From Pirellula staleyi DSM 6068 (GTDB taxonomy: Bacteria > Planctomycetota > Planctomycetia > Pirellulales > Pirellulaceae): a DNA stretch of 32,000 nt. Both the position numbers and the translations under genes were made by a program. Positions 18,852 through 28,123 of the stretch are shown one piece after another. The notes below the pieces were generated by a model. The model was not told the DNA's origin, did no database searches, and saw nothing but the letters and a program-made list of their open reading frames with translations. The first letter of the stretch is position 1; every line of letters begins with the position of its first letter. The stretch spans positions 4,530,001-4,562,000 of the forward strand of contig CP001848.1 of NCBI GenBank assembly GCA_000025185.1. The letters are read 5' to 3'.

Positions 18852-18882
18852 ACGGTATACCGTTTACTCCATACGGTATACC
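18852..18882. promoter_or_regulatory. Candidate GntR operator pair: perfect 12-bp palindrome ACGGTATACCGT plus a second copy ACGGTATACC 21 bp downstream
   Basis: The sequence is ttgACGGTATACCGTttactccatACGGTATACCaaATG. The first site (18852..18863) is its own reverse complement. The second (18873..18882) shares the GGTATACC core. The pair lies in the divergent region between the GntR gene and the split PSCyt gene, and ends 2 nt before the GntR ATG. TTGACG (18849..18854) could be a -35 element. Confidence 0.55.
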
Positions 18883-18884
18883 AA

Positions 18885-19589
18885 ATGAAAGCAGCCCTCA
18901 AATCGCATACATTAGCCGAAACAACCACCTCGAAGCTCCGTCGCGAGATCTATAGCGGCCGACTTCCCTCTGGCACTTCGCTGGCCGAAGCAGCGGTGGC
19001 CAAGCGGCTTGGGGTTAGCCGAGTTCCTGTACGTGAGGCTCTGGCGACGCTCGAGCGCGACGGACTTGTGGAATTCACTCCGACCGGTCGGACGATTGTC
19101 AAAGATCTCTCGCCGCAAGACTTCGAGGAGCTGTTTGCTCTCAGGCTGCTTCTCGAACCGGCAGCGGCGAAACTAGCTGCACCACTGGCGGCCGACCTAC
19201 TGCGAGCGATGGAAGAGAACATCGCCGCCACACGGAAAGCCAAGTCGCTTGAGGAAGTCACGTACCTGGATCTCGATTTTCATCAGCTGATTATGGTTGC
19301 GTCTGGCAACAGCCGACTGATGAAACTGTGGCAATCGCTCCGCTCGGAACTCGGGCTTTGGCTTGGTGGCTTGCATCGGAAGCATCGCGATCGAAAACTC
19401 GACACACGTGGCAAAACAGCGGAATCGCACGAAGCAATCGTCGCGGCGCTCTGCACCAAGAGTCCTTCGGTTTGTGAGCGACTATTGCGCGAGCATATCT
19501 TGGGATGGCGCGAGTGGCTCCCTGCGTCTGCCGCTGACGGCGAGACAGGCACACCTGCGATGGAAGCCACAGCGGGAGTACGTCGATGA
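18885..19589 (+). CDS. GntR-family transcriptional regulator, FadR/FCD-type C-terminal domain
   Basis: The track ORF starts at TTG 18849; ATG 18885 (MKAALKSHTLAE...) is more likely. Winged-helix motif LPSGTSLAEAAVAKRLGVSRVPVREALATLERDGLV. The all-helical C-terminal domain carries DLDFHQLIMVASGNSRLMKLW and ESHEAIVAAL, typical of FCD. The stop overlaps the next start (ATGA at 19586..19589). Confidence 0.9.
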   Translation: MKAALKSHTLAETTTSKLRREIYSGRLPSGTSLAEAAVAKRLGVSRVPVREALATLERDGLVEFTPTGRTIVKDLSPQDFEELFALRLLLEPAAAKLAAPLAADLLRAMEENIAATRKAKSLEEVTYLDLDFHQLIMVASGNSRLMKLWQSLRSELGLWLGGLHRKHRDRKLDTRGKTAESHEAIVAALCTKSPSVCERLLREHILGWREWLPASAADGETGTPAMEATAGVRR

Positions 19590-22500
19590 AAACGATCAAC
19601 CTGCTCGTTATCGCTGCAATCTTGCTACCACTTCCAGCGGTATTAGCCGCAGCTGAAATTCCAGCTGCGGTGCAAACGATCTTGCGCGAGCGGTGCCTCA
19701 CCTGCCATTCGACCGACAAGCAGGAGGGGGAACTCGACCTCGAAACAGCCGATATAACGCGGACTCCTGAAATCTGGGAGCAAGTGCTCGAGCAGATTCA
19801 TCTCGGCGAGATGCCTCCGAAAAAATCGCCACCACTCACCGATGCCGAGCGTGGCCTGCTCACGTCTTTCGTTCGGCAATCGCTTGATGCGATTGCAATA
19901 GCCAGCAGTGGCGATCCTGGCCCGGTGGTACTCCGCCGCCTGTCGAACCAGGAGTACACCTACACGATCCACGATCTGACGGGAGTTCGTTCTCTCGATC
20001 CGCTGCGCGAGTTTCCTGTCGATGGAGCAGCTGGCGAAGGATTTACCAACGTCGGTGCTGCACTTGTGATGTCCCCTTCGCTTCTGACCAAATACCTCGA
20101 CGCCGCCAAAGAAATCTCGCAGCATGCGGTACTGCTCCCTGATGGGCTACGCTTCTCACCGAGCACCTCGCCGCAAGACTGGACCGATGAAACACTCGCT
20201 CGCATTCGGTCGATATACGCCGCGCATTCCGAGATCGGTGAAGCTTCGCAAACGACGCAGCAGGGGATTAAGCTCGACATCGGAACGGGGGCTGGTCGGC
20301 TCCCTCTCGCGCGCTATCTCGCGGCGCTGCAAGGGAAGGGGACAACCGAGGGGCTCAGCCCCAAGTATCTCCAGCTACTGCGCGACGCACTCACGAGCAA
20401 GCAATCGTCCCCTCTGCTCGATCCACTGCGCGAAAAATTTGCGCGGCAGGAGCTGACCGCTGCTGATATCGAGGTCTGGCAACAAAACCTCTGGCGATTT
20501 GCGACCGTTGGTCACATCGGCAAAAAAAATGGCCCCCGATCTTGGCAGGAGCCGATCTCGCCGATCGTTGCGCAGCATCCGATGCGCATGAAGCTTGCCG
20601 ATGATCGCGACACGACACTCTACCTCGCAACGACCGATGCTGGTGGCACAAAACCTAGCGATGAAGCTATCTGGTCGAACGCTCGAATCGTCGCGCCTGG
20701 TAAGCCTGACTTTGGTGTCAGCGATCTATCTGCACTCAACAAGCATCTCGCTACGAGTCGACAGCAAATCATAGCCAGTTTGCCAGCCTGTTTGGCAGCA
20801 GTAGCAGAGTATCAGTCCAGCGAAGCGCTCGACACTCTTGCCAAGAAACATGCCATCGATCGAGCTCAGCTCATTGCCTGGCTCGAACTGCTCGAGCGCG
20901 GCGATCACCGTTTGGCTCCATTGCTAACAAGCAAAATCGATGGAGCGGGGGAGTACAAGTTCATTCAAGGGTGGGCTGGCGAAAATGCGCTAAGTGTGCT
21001 CGCCAATTCCTCTGACACCGAAGTACAAATTCCGGGAACGATGCGTCCTCACAGCATCGCCACGCATCCTTCTCCCACGCTGGCTTCGGTGATCGCGTGG
21101 AAGAGCCCTGTCGAAGGAACGCTTTCGATTCGAGCGGAAGTGCAAGATGCCCATCTCGCCTGTGGTAATGGAGTCTCTTGGTCGCTCGAAGTGCGACGTG
21201 GCGCATCACGCGAATCGCTTTCGGTTGGTAACACCGAAGCAGGAAAGCTCTATCCTCTTGGTCCGTTCGAGAACGTCAAAGTGGGGAAAGGGGATGTGGT
21301 AGCGCTCGTGATTGGCCCGCGCGACAACGAGCACACGTGTGATTTGACGGCGGTGAACCTTTCGATCAGCGACGGCACATCGAGCTGGGATCTTGCGCGC
21401 GATGTCTCGGCGAGCATTCTTGAAAGTAATCCGCACGGTTCGTGGCACTTTGTCAGCCAGCCTGCGAAGCCTAGCCTACAGACGAAAATCCCAGAGGGAT
21501 CGCTTCTGGCACACTGGAACAAAGCCACCGACGATGCCGAGCGGCGTCAACTGGCCGAGCAGCTACAAACGTTTCTAGCACGCGACAGAGACCAAGATAC
21601 TCAAGCTCGGCCAGCTGATCAGCAACTCGAGCAGATGCTCTTCTCGAGCAAGAGTCCCCTGATGTCAGCCGCGCTGGCGAGTTTTTCTCGCGCAGATTCA
21701 GGCAATGATCTCATCGCATCCGCTCCGTCGGTTTTAGAGCTCACCATTCCTGCGGCGATCGGCTCGGGGGCCGAGTTTGTTGTCACCGGTACACTTAAGC
21801 CAGACAGCGAGGCTGCGGTGCAGATGCAAATTCTGACCACGAAGCCGAGTTTGCCCTCCGGCTTGCTTCCTGGAAGCTCCGAGTCGGGAATCGCTGGTGG
21901 TGTATGGAGCGATAACAACCTGCGAACTTCGCACTCTTTGCCTGTGATCGCCCAGGAGACTAGTGCAACGCGAAAACGACTGGAAGCTGAGTTCCATACA
22001 TTTCGTCAGCTCTTTCCGATTGCACTCTGCTACACTCGCATCGTTCCGGTCGACGAAGTGGTGACACTGACACTCTTCTACCGAGAAGACGATCACCTGA
22101 AGCGGCTGATGCTGACCGACGAACAATCGCGCGAACTCGATCGGCTCTGGAACGAGCTCTATTTCATCAGCGAGGCACCTCTCAAACAGGTCGATGCCTT
22201 TGAGCAGCTCTATCAATTCGCTACGCAGGATGCCTCTCCCGAAGCGTTCGAGCCGCTAAGACAACCGATTCTCGCAGCCGCTGAAAAATTCAAACTCGAG
22301 CAGACATCAGCCACAAGCAAGCAGATCGAAGCGGTGATCGACTTTGCCTCGAATGCCTGGCGGCGACCACTGACCGAGCAGGAGAGGGCTGAGATCCGCG
22401 CGCTCGATTTACCGATTCGGTTGCGTCTGGCGCGTGTGCTCACTTCCCCCGCGTTTCTCTATCGCGCGGAGCAGCAAAATGACGCGACAGCTCCTGTCTC

Positions 22501-23536
22501 CGACCATGAACTCGCCACGCGACTGTCGTACTTTCTCTGGTCGTCGCTCCCCGATGCAGAGCTGCGCGGCTGTGCCGATCGTGGAGAGCTGAGCGATCCA
22601 CAAGTGCTTGTTGCGCAAACGCGTCGCATGCTCCAAGATCCCCGTATTGCTCGGCTGAGCACCGAGTTCGGCTGTCAATGGCTACATGTTCGCGACGTCG
22701 CAACGCTCGACGAAAAAAGTGAACGTCATTTTCCGATGTTCGCCTCTCTTCGCGACGACATGCAGAACGAAGTAACGCATTTCTTTACCGATCTATTTCA
22801 AAACGATCGCTCGGTGATGTCGCTGCTGGAGGCCGATCACACGTTTGTTAATCGTGAACTTGCTGAACTCTATGGACTCACCCCAACAACTGCCGATTGG
22901 CACCGGGTAGAAGGAATTCGTGCTCAAGGGCGGGGTGGTATTCTCGGGTTTGCCGCGACGCTGGCCAAACACTCAGGAGCGTCGCGAACGAGTCCGATAT
23001 TGCGTGGCACCTGGCTGAGCGAAGTGCTGCTGGGAGAGAAACTCCCGAACCCGCCGCAAGGTGTTCCGGTACTCCCCGAAGAAACGCCTGAAGGGCTCAC
23101 TGAGCGCCAACTGACGGAGCGACATAGTCAGGATGAAAACTGCGCCAGCTGTCATCGGCGCGTCGATCCTTTTGGATTTGCGCTGGAAGGATTCGATGCT
23201 ATCGGTCGCGCTCGCACGAAAGACTCGGCTGGGCTTGCCATCGATACCAAGACAGAACTTCCCGACGGGACAAAAGTCGAAGGGCTCGAGGGGCTGCGCA
23301 GTTGGCTTGCAACGACCAAACGCGATGCATTTGTCCGGCAATATTGTCGCAAGCTCCTCGGCTACGCGCTTGGTCGCAGCGTGCAGCTGTCGGACAAACC
23401 GCTGCTCGATGCGATGCTGACTCAACTGTCGGCTGACAACTATCGCGCTTCGATCGCGATCGAAAAAATCGTACTGAGCCCTCAGTTTCGCGAGATTCGT
23501 GGCAAGATTCATTCGCAGCCACTTCCGTCACCGTAG
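19586..23536 (+). CDS. Giant exported planctomycete-type protein: N-terminal CxxCH domain, DUF1587, long unassigned centre, then DUF1595/DUF1592/DUF1588/DUF1585-type C-terminal block
   Basis: 1316-aa ORF. Signal peptide MKTINLLVIAAILLPLPAVLAAAE, then CLTCH at aa 37-41. LRRLSNQEYTYTIHDLTG is DUF1587-like. From about aa 914: WRRPLTEQE, LTSPAFLYRAE, ELATRLSYFLWSSLPD, FGCQWL, SPILRGTWLSEVLLG, CASCHRRVDPFGFALEGFD, LLGYALGR. Confidence 0.9.
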   Translation: MKTINLLVIAAILLPLPAVLAAAEIPAAVQTILRERCLTCHSTDKQEGELDLETADITRTPEIWEQVLEQIHLGEMPPKKSPPLTDAERGLLTSFVRQSLDAIAIASSGDPGPVVLRRLSNQEYTYTIHDLTGVRSLDPLREFPVDGAAGEGFTNVGAALVMSPSLLTKYLDAAKEISQHAVLLPDGLRFSPSTSPQDWTDETLARIRSIYAAHSEIGEASQTTQQGIKLDIGTGAGRLPLARYLAALQGKGTTEGLSPKYLQLLRDALTSKQSSPLLDPLREKFARQELTAADIEVWQQNLWRFATVGHIGKKNGPRSWQEPISPIVAQHPMRMKLADDRDTTLYLATTDAGGTKPSDEAIWSNARIVAPGKPDFGVSDLSALNKHLATSRQQIIASLPACLAAVAEYQSSEALDTLAKKHAIDRAQLIAWLELLERGDHRLAPLLTSKIDGAGEYKFIQGWAGENALSVLANSSDTEVQIPGTMRPHSIATHPSPTLASVIAWKSPVEGTLSIRAEVQDAHLACGNGVSWSLEVRRGASRESLSVGNTEAGKLYPLGPFENVKVGKGDVVALVIGPRDNEHTCDLTAVNLSISDGTSSWDLARDVSASILESNPHGSWHFVSQPAKPSLQTKIPEGSLLAHWNKATDDAERRQLAEQLQTFLARDRDQDTQARPADQQLEQMLFSSKSPLMSAALASFSRADSGNDLIASAPSVLELTIPAAIGSGAEFVVTGTLKPDSEAAVQMQILTTKPSLPSGLLPGSSESGIAGGVWSDNNLRTSHSLPVIAQETSATRKRLEAEFHTFRQLFPIALCYTRIVPVDEVVTLTLFYREDDHLKRLMLTDEQSRELDRLWNELYFISEAPLKQVDAFEQLYQFATQDASPEAFEPLRQPILAAAEKFKLEQTSATSKQIEAVIDFASNAWRRPLTEQERAEIRALDLPIRLRLARVLTSPAFLYRAEQQNDATAPVSDHELATRLSYFLWSSLPDAELRGCADRGELSDPQVLVAQTRRMLQDPRIARLSTEFGCQWLHVRDVATLDEKSERHFPMFASLRDDMQNEVTHFFTDLFQNDRSVMSLLEADHTFVNRELAELYGLTPTTADWHRVEGIRAQGRGGILGFAATLAKHSGASRTSPILRGTWLSEVLLGEKLPNPPQGVPVLPEETPEGLTERQLTERHSQDENCASCHRRVDPFGFALEGFDAIGRARTKDSAGLAIDTKTELPDGTKVEGLEGLRSWLATTKRDAFVRQYCRKLLGYALGRSVQLSDKPLLDAMLTQLSADNYRASIAIEKIVLSPQFREIRGKIHSQPLPSP

Positions 23537-23579
23537 TACAACATCGCTGGCTCCCTTTCTCTCCCCAACGAGCACCACC

Positions 23580-24926
23580 ATGAAACCTCACCACTTCTCG
23601 CGCCGCACTTTTTTGCGTGGGGTAGGCGTCTCGATGGCCCTTCCATGGCTGGAGTCGATCAACGTCTGGGGAGACGAACCAGCCAAGAACGCTGCCGCAG
23701 GAATCGATCCTTCGAGCGATGCTCCTGTACGACTCGCGGTCCTTTTCTCAGGCAACGGCTTTCACTCGCAAGAGTGGTGGGCCAAGGGAGAAGGGAAGTC
23801 GATGGAGCTAGGCAAAGTTCTCGCGCCGCTCCATGATTTCCGCGATCGAATGCTCTTCGTGAAAGGGCTCTATCACGAAGAAGCGCGTAAGGGAAACATT
23901 CACAGTTCGCAAACAGGCAACATGCTTTCCGGTGCGCCGATTGCCTCGGGGGGGGAAATCAAATCGGGGACGAGCTTCGACCAGATGCTTGCGCAATCGT
24001 ATGGTCGCTCGACCAAAATCCCGAGCCTCGTGCTTGGTTGCGAGCGTTCGAATCCGTCGGTGCACAAGAACTACTCGATGCTCTACAGCTCGCACATCTC
24101 GTGGAGTTCTCCCACAACTCCGACGCCGCTCGAACTCTATCCCGCCCTTGCGTTCGATCGGCTGTTCAAGGACGAAGCCTCTCCGGCGGATAAAAGTGTG
24201 CTCGATGCGGTGCTGAAAGATGCTGAAACGTTGCGCCGCAGCGTCAGCACGAGCGATCAGCGTAAGCTCGATGAGTATCTCGACAGTGTGCGCGAAGTCG
24301 AAAAACGGATCAGCAACGCGGGCCAGCGGGGTGAGCTTCAAGGTTGGCGGCCGACGCTCACGCAGCCCAACATCGAGCGCCCTGCCGACGGCATTCCGCA
24401 AGATATCGCCGAGCATATGCGGCTGATGATCGACATCTTGGTCCTCGGATTTCAAACCGACACCACACGCATCACCACGCTGAAGCTGAACAACGATCAC
24501 AGCGCGCTGCGATTTCCTAATCTTCCGAGTTTGCAGCAAGTGGGGCATGGCATCGACTACATGATCCACCACTTGCTCTCGCACAGCGACGGCGAAGATT
24601 GGCTGAAAGTGAACCAGTTCTTCCTGGAACAGACCGCCTATCTCGCTCGCAAACTCGACAGCATTCAAGAAGGCTCGCGAACCCTGCTCGACAACACGAT
24701 GCTGATGCACTGTTCGAGCATGATGGCGGGTGCCCGTCACGACAACGACCAACTCCCAGTCATCGTCGTCGGTGGTGGTGGAGGTCGCATTCAAGGGGGG
24801 CGAGTGATCGACTATCAAGGGAAACCCGATCGCCAGCTCTGCCGCCTCTTCCTTTCGATGATGGACAAAATGGATATCCATCCCGATAACTTTGGTGATG
24901 CCCGCACCATGCTCGACGAGGTATAA
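23580..24926 (+). CDS. DUF1552 family protein (HXXSHH-type), Tat-exported
   Basis: The track ORF starts at GTG 23499 and overlaps the upstream gene. ATG 23580 gives MKPHHFSRRTFLRGVGVSMALPWLES, a twin-arginine leader. Motifs FSGNGFH, MIHHLLSHSDGEDW and NDQLPVIVVGGGGG are typical of the family that partners DUF1592-type proteins. Confidence 0.9.
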   Translation: MKPHHFSRRTFLRGVGVSMALPWLESINVWGDEPAKNAAAGIDPSSDAPVRLAVLFSGNGFHSQEWWAKGEGKSMELGKVLAPLHDFRDRMLFVKGLYHEEARKGNIHSSQTGNMLSGAPIASGGEIKSGTSFDQMLAQSYGRSTKIPSLVLGCERSNPSVHKNYSMLYSSHISWSSPTTPTPLELYPALAFDRLFKDEASPADKSVLDAVLKDAETLRRSVSTSDQRKLDEYLDSVREVEKRISNAGQRGELQGWRPTLTQPNIERPADGIPQDIAEHMRLMIDILVLGFQTDTTRITTLKLNNDHSALRFPNLPSLQQVGHGIDYMIHHLLSHSDGEDWLKVNQFFLEQTAYLARKLDSIQEGSRTLLDNTMLMHCSSMMAGARHDNDQLPVIVVGGGGGRIQGGRVIDYQGKPDRQLCRLFLSMMDKMDIHPDNFGDARTMLDEV

Positions 24927-25184
24927 GCTCGCGGTAGCCTCGGCTCAACAAGCTACTCAATGTGGAGCCGCTGGAAAAACTTGCTCCCTGTAATCTTCGC
25001 AAGGAGCAGCGCGACGCACTCACCACCCACCTAGGTGGACTCTGGTCCTAGCGCTCCCGTGGGGACAAGTTTGTGGCGTTTTCCTTTGCACTAGACGCAT
25101 CAACTTGCTACGATGCGATAGCCCTCCCAAAACCTGCCTACCCTTTGATCGACGTCCCAATTCTCTTGCCTCGGGACCGTTTGC

Positions 25185-28064
25185 ATGATGCTAACGCCAC
25201 CAATTCGTGGGAACGTGCTGCCCCATGGCGTAGTGGCGATGCTGCTTGTCATGCTCGGCACCTCTGCCGCCGGAGCAGCTGACCCTGATCCCACTTCGGT
25301 CGAGTTCTTTGAGAAGAAGATTCGGCCGGTGCTTGTCGAGCATTGCTACGAGTGCCACTCGGCGGAAGCAGAAGCCAAGAGCAAGCTGAAGGGTGGACTG
25401 AAACTCGATAGCCGCGCTGCGATGATGCAGGGGGGCGATTCTGGCTCGGCTGTGGTGATCGGCAAGCCGGAAGAGGGTCAACTCGTCAGCTCGATACGCT
25501 ACGACGGCGACTATCAAATGCCGCCGAAGGGAAAATTGCCCGACCACGTGGTCGCCGATTTCGAGACGTGGGTCCGGAGTGGGGCGGTTGATCCACGTGA
25601 AGGCTCGCCCGATGCTTCTGCCAAACCAGCGTTTGACTGGAGCGCGGCACGCTCGCACTGGTCGTTTCGACCTCCTACCATGCCCGCAATTCCCGAAGTG
25701 AAGCAGGCAGATTGGCCCCAGTCGGAAGTCGATCGGTTCATTCTCGCGAAGATGGAAGCCCAGGGGCTTACGACGGTCGAAGCGGCCGACAATCGCACAC
25801 TCTTGCGCCGTCTCTATTTCGATCTCATCGGTCTGCCACCAACGCTCGAGGAAATTCGGGCGTTCGATGCCGCTGCAACAGTCGACCGCGCAAAAGCACT
25901 CGAAGCAGTGGTCGATCGTCTCTTAGCGATGCCCCAGTATGGCGAGCGCTGGGCGCGGCACTGGCTCGATGTGGCCCGCTTTGCTCACGATCAAGCTCAC
26001 ACGTTTGGCGTTCGGCCCAAGGATAACGCGTTTCAATATCGCGACTGGGTGATCGAGGCTCTTAATAACGACATGCCTTACGATCAGTTCGTTCGGCTGC
26101 AAATCGCAGGTGATTTGCTTCCAGCTGCTCAGCCGTTGCGTGGCGATGTTTACGCAACGTCGGCCAAAGCGCCTGATCCGCAGCAGTTCGTACAACTCGC
26201 CGGACTTGGCTTTTTGGGACTTGGTGCCGAGTACTACAAAAACTCCGACAAAGCCCGCGCTGAAGCCGACGAACTCGACGATCGCATCGACACCCTCACG
26301 CGTGGTTTCCTCGGGCTCACCGTCGCCTGCGCTCGCTGCCACGATCACAAGTTCGACCCGATTCCGACCCACGATTACTACGCGCTTGCAGGAATCTTTT
26401 CCGGTTCGTCACTTGGTGAGGCTCCGCTTGTCGCCGACGGCATCGTACAAGCCTTCGCAGAAGGTCAGAAACGGATCAAACAGCAAGAGGAGTTGATCAA
26501 AGAGTGGATGCTGGAGCTTCAGCACAAGCGCGGTCGCGAGGAAGCATCCCTCGCTACGAAATACATCACTACCGCTTGGCACGCGAGCCAGCTGCAAGAG
26601 GCGAAAGTCAAGTTTTCCGTCGAGCAGCTCGCTGAGCGTGAAATGCTGAACAGCTATTTTCTCGACCGCTGGGTGAAGTACTTCACCAGTGGCAATCCCG
26701 ATCGGATCGCCGATCTTTTGAAGCCCCTTCGCGAAGTGAAGATTCCGGCAGAAGGACTTACATCGGAGTCCCCCGTTGCGGTTCCCGATGCTGTGCGCGC
26801 GATCGTCGAAAAGTTCCAGCCGGAATTCGACGCCGCTCTAGCCGACTACGATCAGGCGACGCGCGACTATGAACAAGAACTGGCAAGCGCGGCCGACGAT
26901 GCCAAGGCCAAGGTGAAACGTCGTCAACTCGAAAAGCCTCGCGAACAATTACTCAAGGCGATTTGGCTCGATGATCAATCCCCTCTCTGGGTATCGCCCG
27001 GTGAACTCGAAAAACAGTTCCTGAGCGACGAGCATAAAACCGAACTCACGTCGAAGCGAGAAGAACTCGAAGCGCGAAAGAAAGCAGCACCCGAACCTTA
27101 CCCAGCAGCGCCGGTGATCAAAGGAGGTGGCAAGACCCTCCAGATCTTCGTGCGGGGCAACCCAGCAGTCCGTGGCGACTGGGCAGCACGCGGCTTCCTG
27201 CAAATCGTCACCGGGCAGGAGCCGACGAAAGATCCGCAGCAGGCACAGTCGATAAACTACACCCGCCTCGAACTCGCGGAAGCTGTTGCATCGCCCGAAA
27301 ATCCGCTGACTGCGCGTGTGATCGTGAATCGCGTTTGGCAGCAGCATTTCGGTCGCGGTATCGTCGAAACTGCCAGCAATTTTGGTCATTCAGGCGAACT
27401 CCCTTCACATCCTGAACTTCTCGACTACTTGGCCATCCGCTTCATCGAGAACGGCTGGTCGCTGAAATGGCTTCACAAACAACTGATCCTCTCAGCGACC
27501 TATCAAGCCTCGTCGAAGAGCCACGAAAAGAATGCTCAGATCGACGGTGGCAATCGCTACTTCTGGCATGCGGAGCGACGCCGACTCGATGTCGAAGCGT
27601 GGCGAGATTCGCTACTGCAAGTCGCAGGAACGCTCGATCGCACGCTGGGTGGCCCCGCTTTTGACCTGGGTGATACTGGCAGCAAACGTCGGACGATTTA
27701 CGCCAAGATCAGCCGCCATGAACTCGATGGTCTCTTGCGTCTGTTCGACTTCCCCGATGCCAACGTCACCGCCGATCGCCGCAACGTGACGACCGTGCCA
27801 CAGCAGCAGCTGTTCGTGCTGAACAGCGATTTCATGATCGCTCAGGCGAAGGCGCTCGCCACACTCTTGGCAAAAGAACCCGATATCGCCGCTCAAGTCA
27901 CTGCCGCGTACGCCGCTGCATTTGGCCGCGCTCCAACCGACAACGAACGCGAACTTGGAACTGCTTTCCTCTCTGCTAAACAGGCGGCTGAGGACAAGCT
28001 TTCGCCGCTCGAGCAGTACGCGCAAGCGATCTTGGCTTCGAGCGAAATGATGTACGTCGACTAA
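25185..28064 (+). CDS. PSCyt1 (planctomycete cytochrome c, CxxCH) - DUF1549 - DUF1553 protein, exported
   Basis: 959-aa ORF. Signal-like N-terminus, then FFEKKIRPVLVEHCYECHS...GGLKLDS, LRRLYFDLIGLPPTLEEIRAF, GERWARHWLDVARF, LGLTVACARCHDHKFDP, a coiled-coil-like linker, LTARVIVNRVWQQHFGRGIV, and a C-terminus ending SSEMMYVD. Confidence 0.94.
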   Translation: MMLTPPIRGNVLPHGVVAMLLVMLGTSAAGAADPDPTSVEFFEKKIRPVLVEHCYECHSAEAEAKSKLKGGLKLDSRAAMMQGGDSGSAVVIGKPEEGQLVSSIRYDGDYQMPPKGKLPDHVVADFETWVRSGAVDPREGSPDASAKPAFDWSAARSHWSFRPPTMPAIPEVKQADWPQSEVDRFILAKMEAQGLTTVEAADNRTLLRRLYFDLIGLPPTLEEIRAFDAAATVDRAKALEAVVDRLLAMPQYGERWARHWLDVARFAHDQAHTFGVRPKDNAFQYRDWVIEALNNDMPYDQFVRLQIAGDLLPAAQPLRGDVYATSAKAPDPQQFVQLAGLGFLGLGAEYYKNSDKARAEADELDDRIDTLTRGFLGLTVACARCHDHKFDPIPTHDYYALAGIFSGSSLGEAPLVADGIVQAFAEGQKRIKQQEELIKEWMLELQHKRGREEASLATKYITTAWHASQLQEAKVKFSVEQLAEREMLNSYFLDRWVKYFTSGNPDRIADLLKPLREVKIPAEGLTSESPVAVPDAVRAIVEKFQPEFDAALADYDQATRDYEQELASAADDAKAKVKRRQLEKPREQLLKAIWLDDQSPLWVSPGELEKQFLSDEHKTELTSKREELEARKKAAPEPYPAAPVIKGGGKTLQIFVRGNPAVRGDWAARGFLQIVTGQEPTKDPQQAQSINYTRLELAEAVASPENPLTARVIVNRVWQQHFGRGIVETASNFGHSGELPSHPELLDYLAIRFIENGWSLKWLHKQLILSATYQASSKSHEKNAQIDGGNRYFWHAERRRLDVEAWRDSLLQVAGTLDRTLGGPAFDLGDTGSKRRTIYAKISRHELDGLLRLFDFPDANVTADRRNVTTVPQQQLFVLNSDFMIAQAKALATLLAKEPDIAAQVTAAYAAAFGRAPTDNERELGTAFLSAKQAAEDKLSPLEQYAQAILASSEMMYVD

Positions 28065-28123
28065 CCTGCAACTGGCCTCGATCACGACTCGCACGCTCGC
28101 CGAGCTTTGAAGGAATCCCAACC

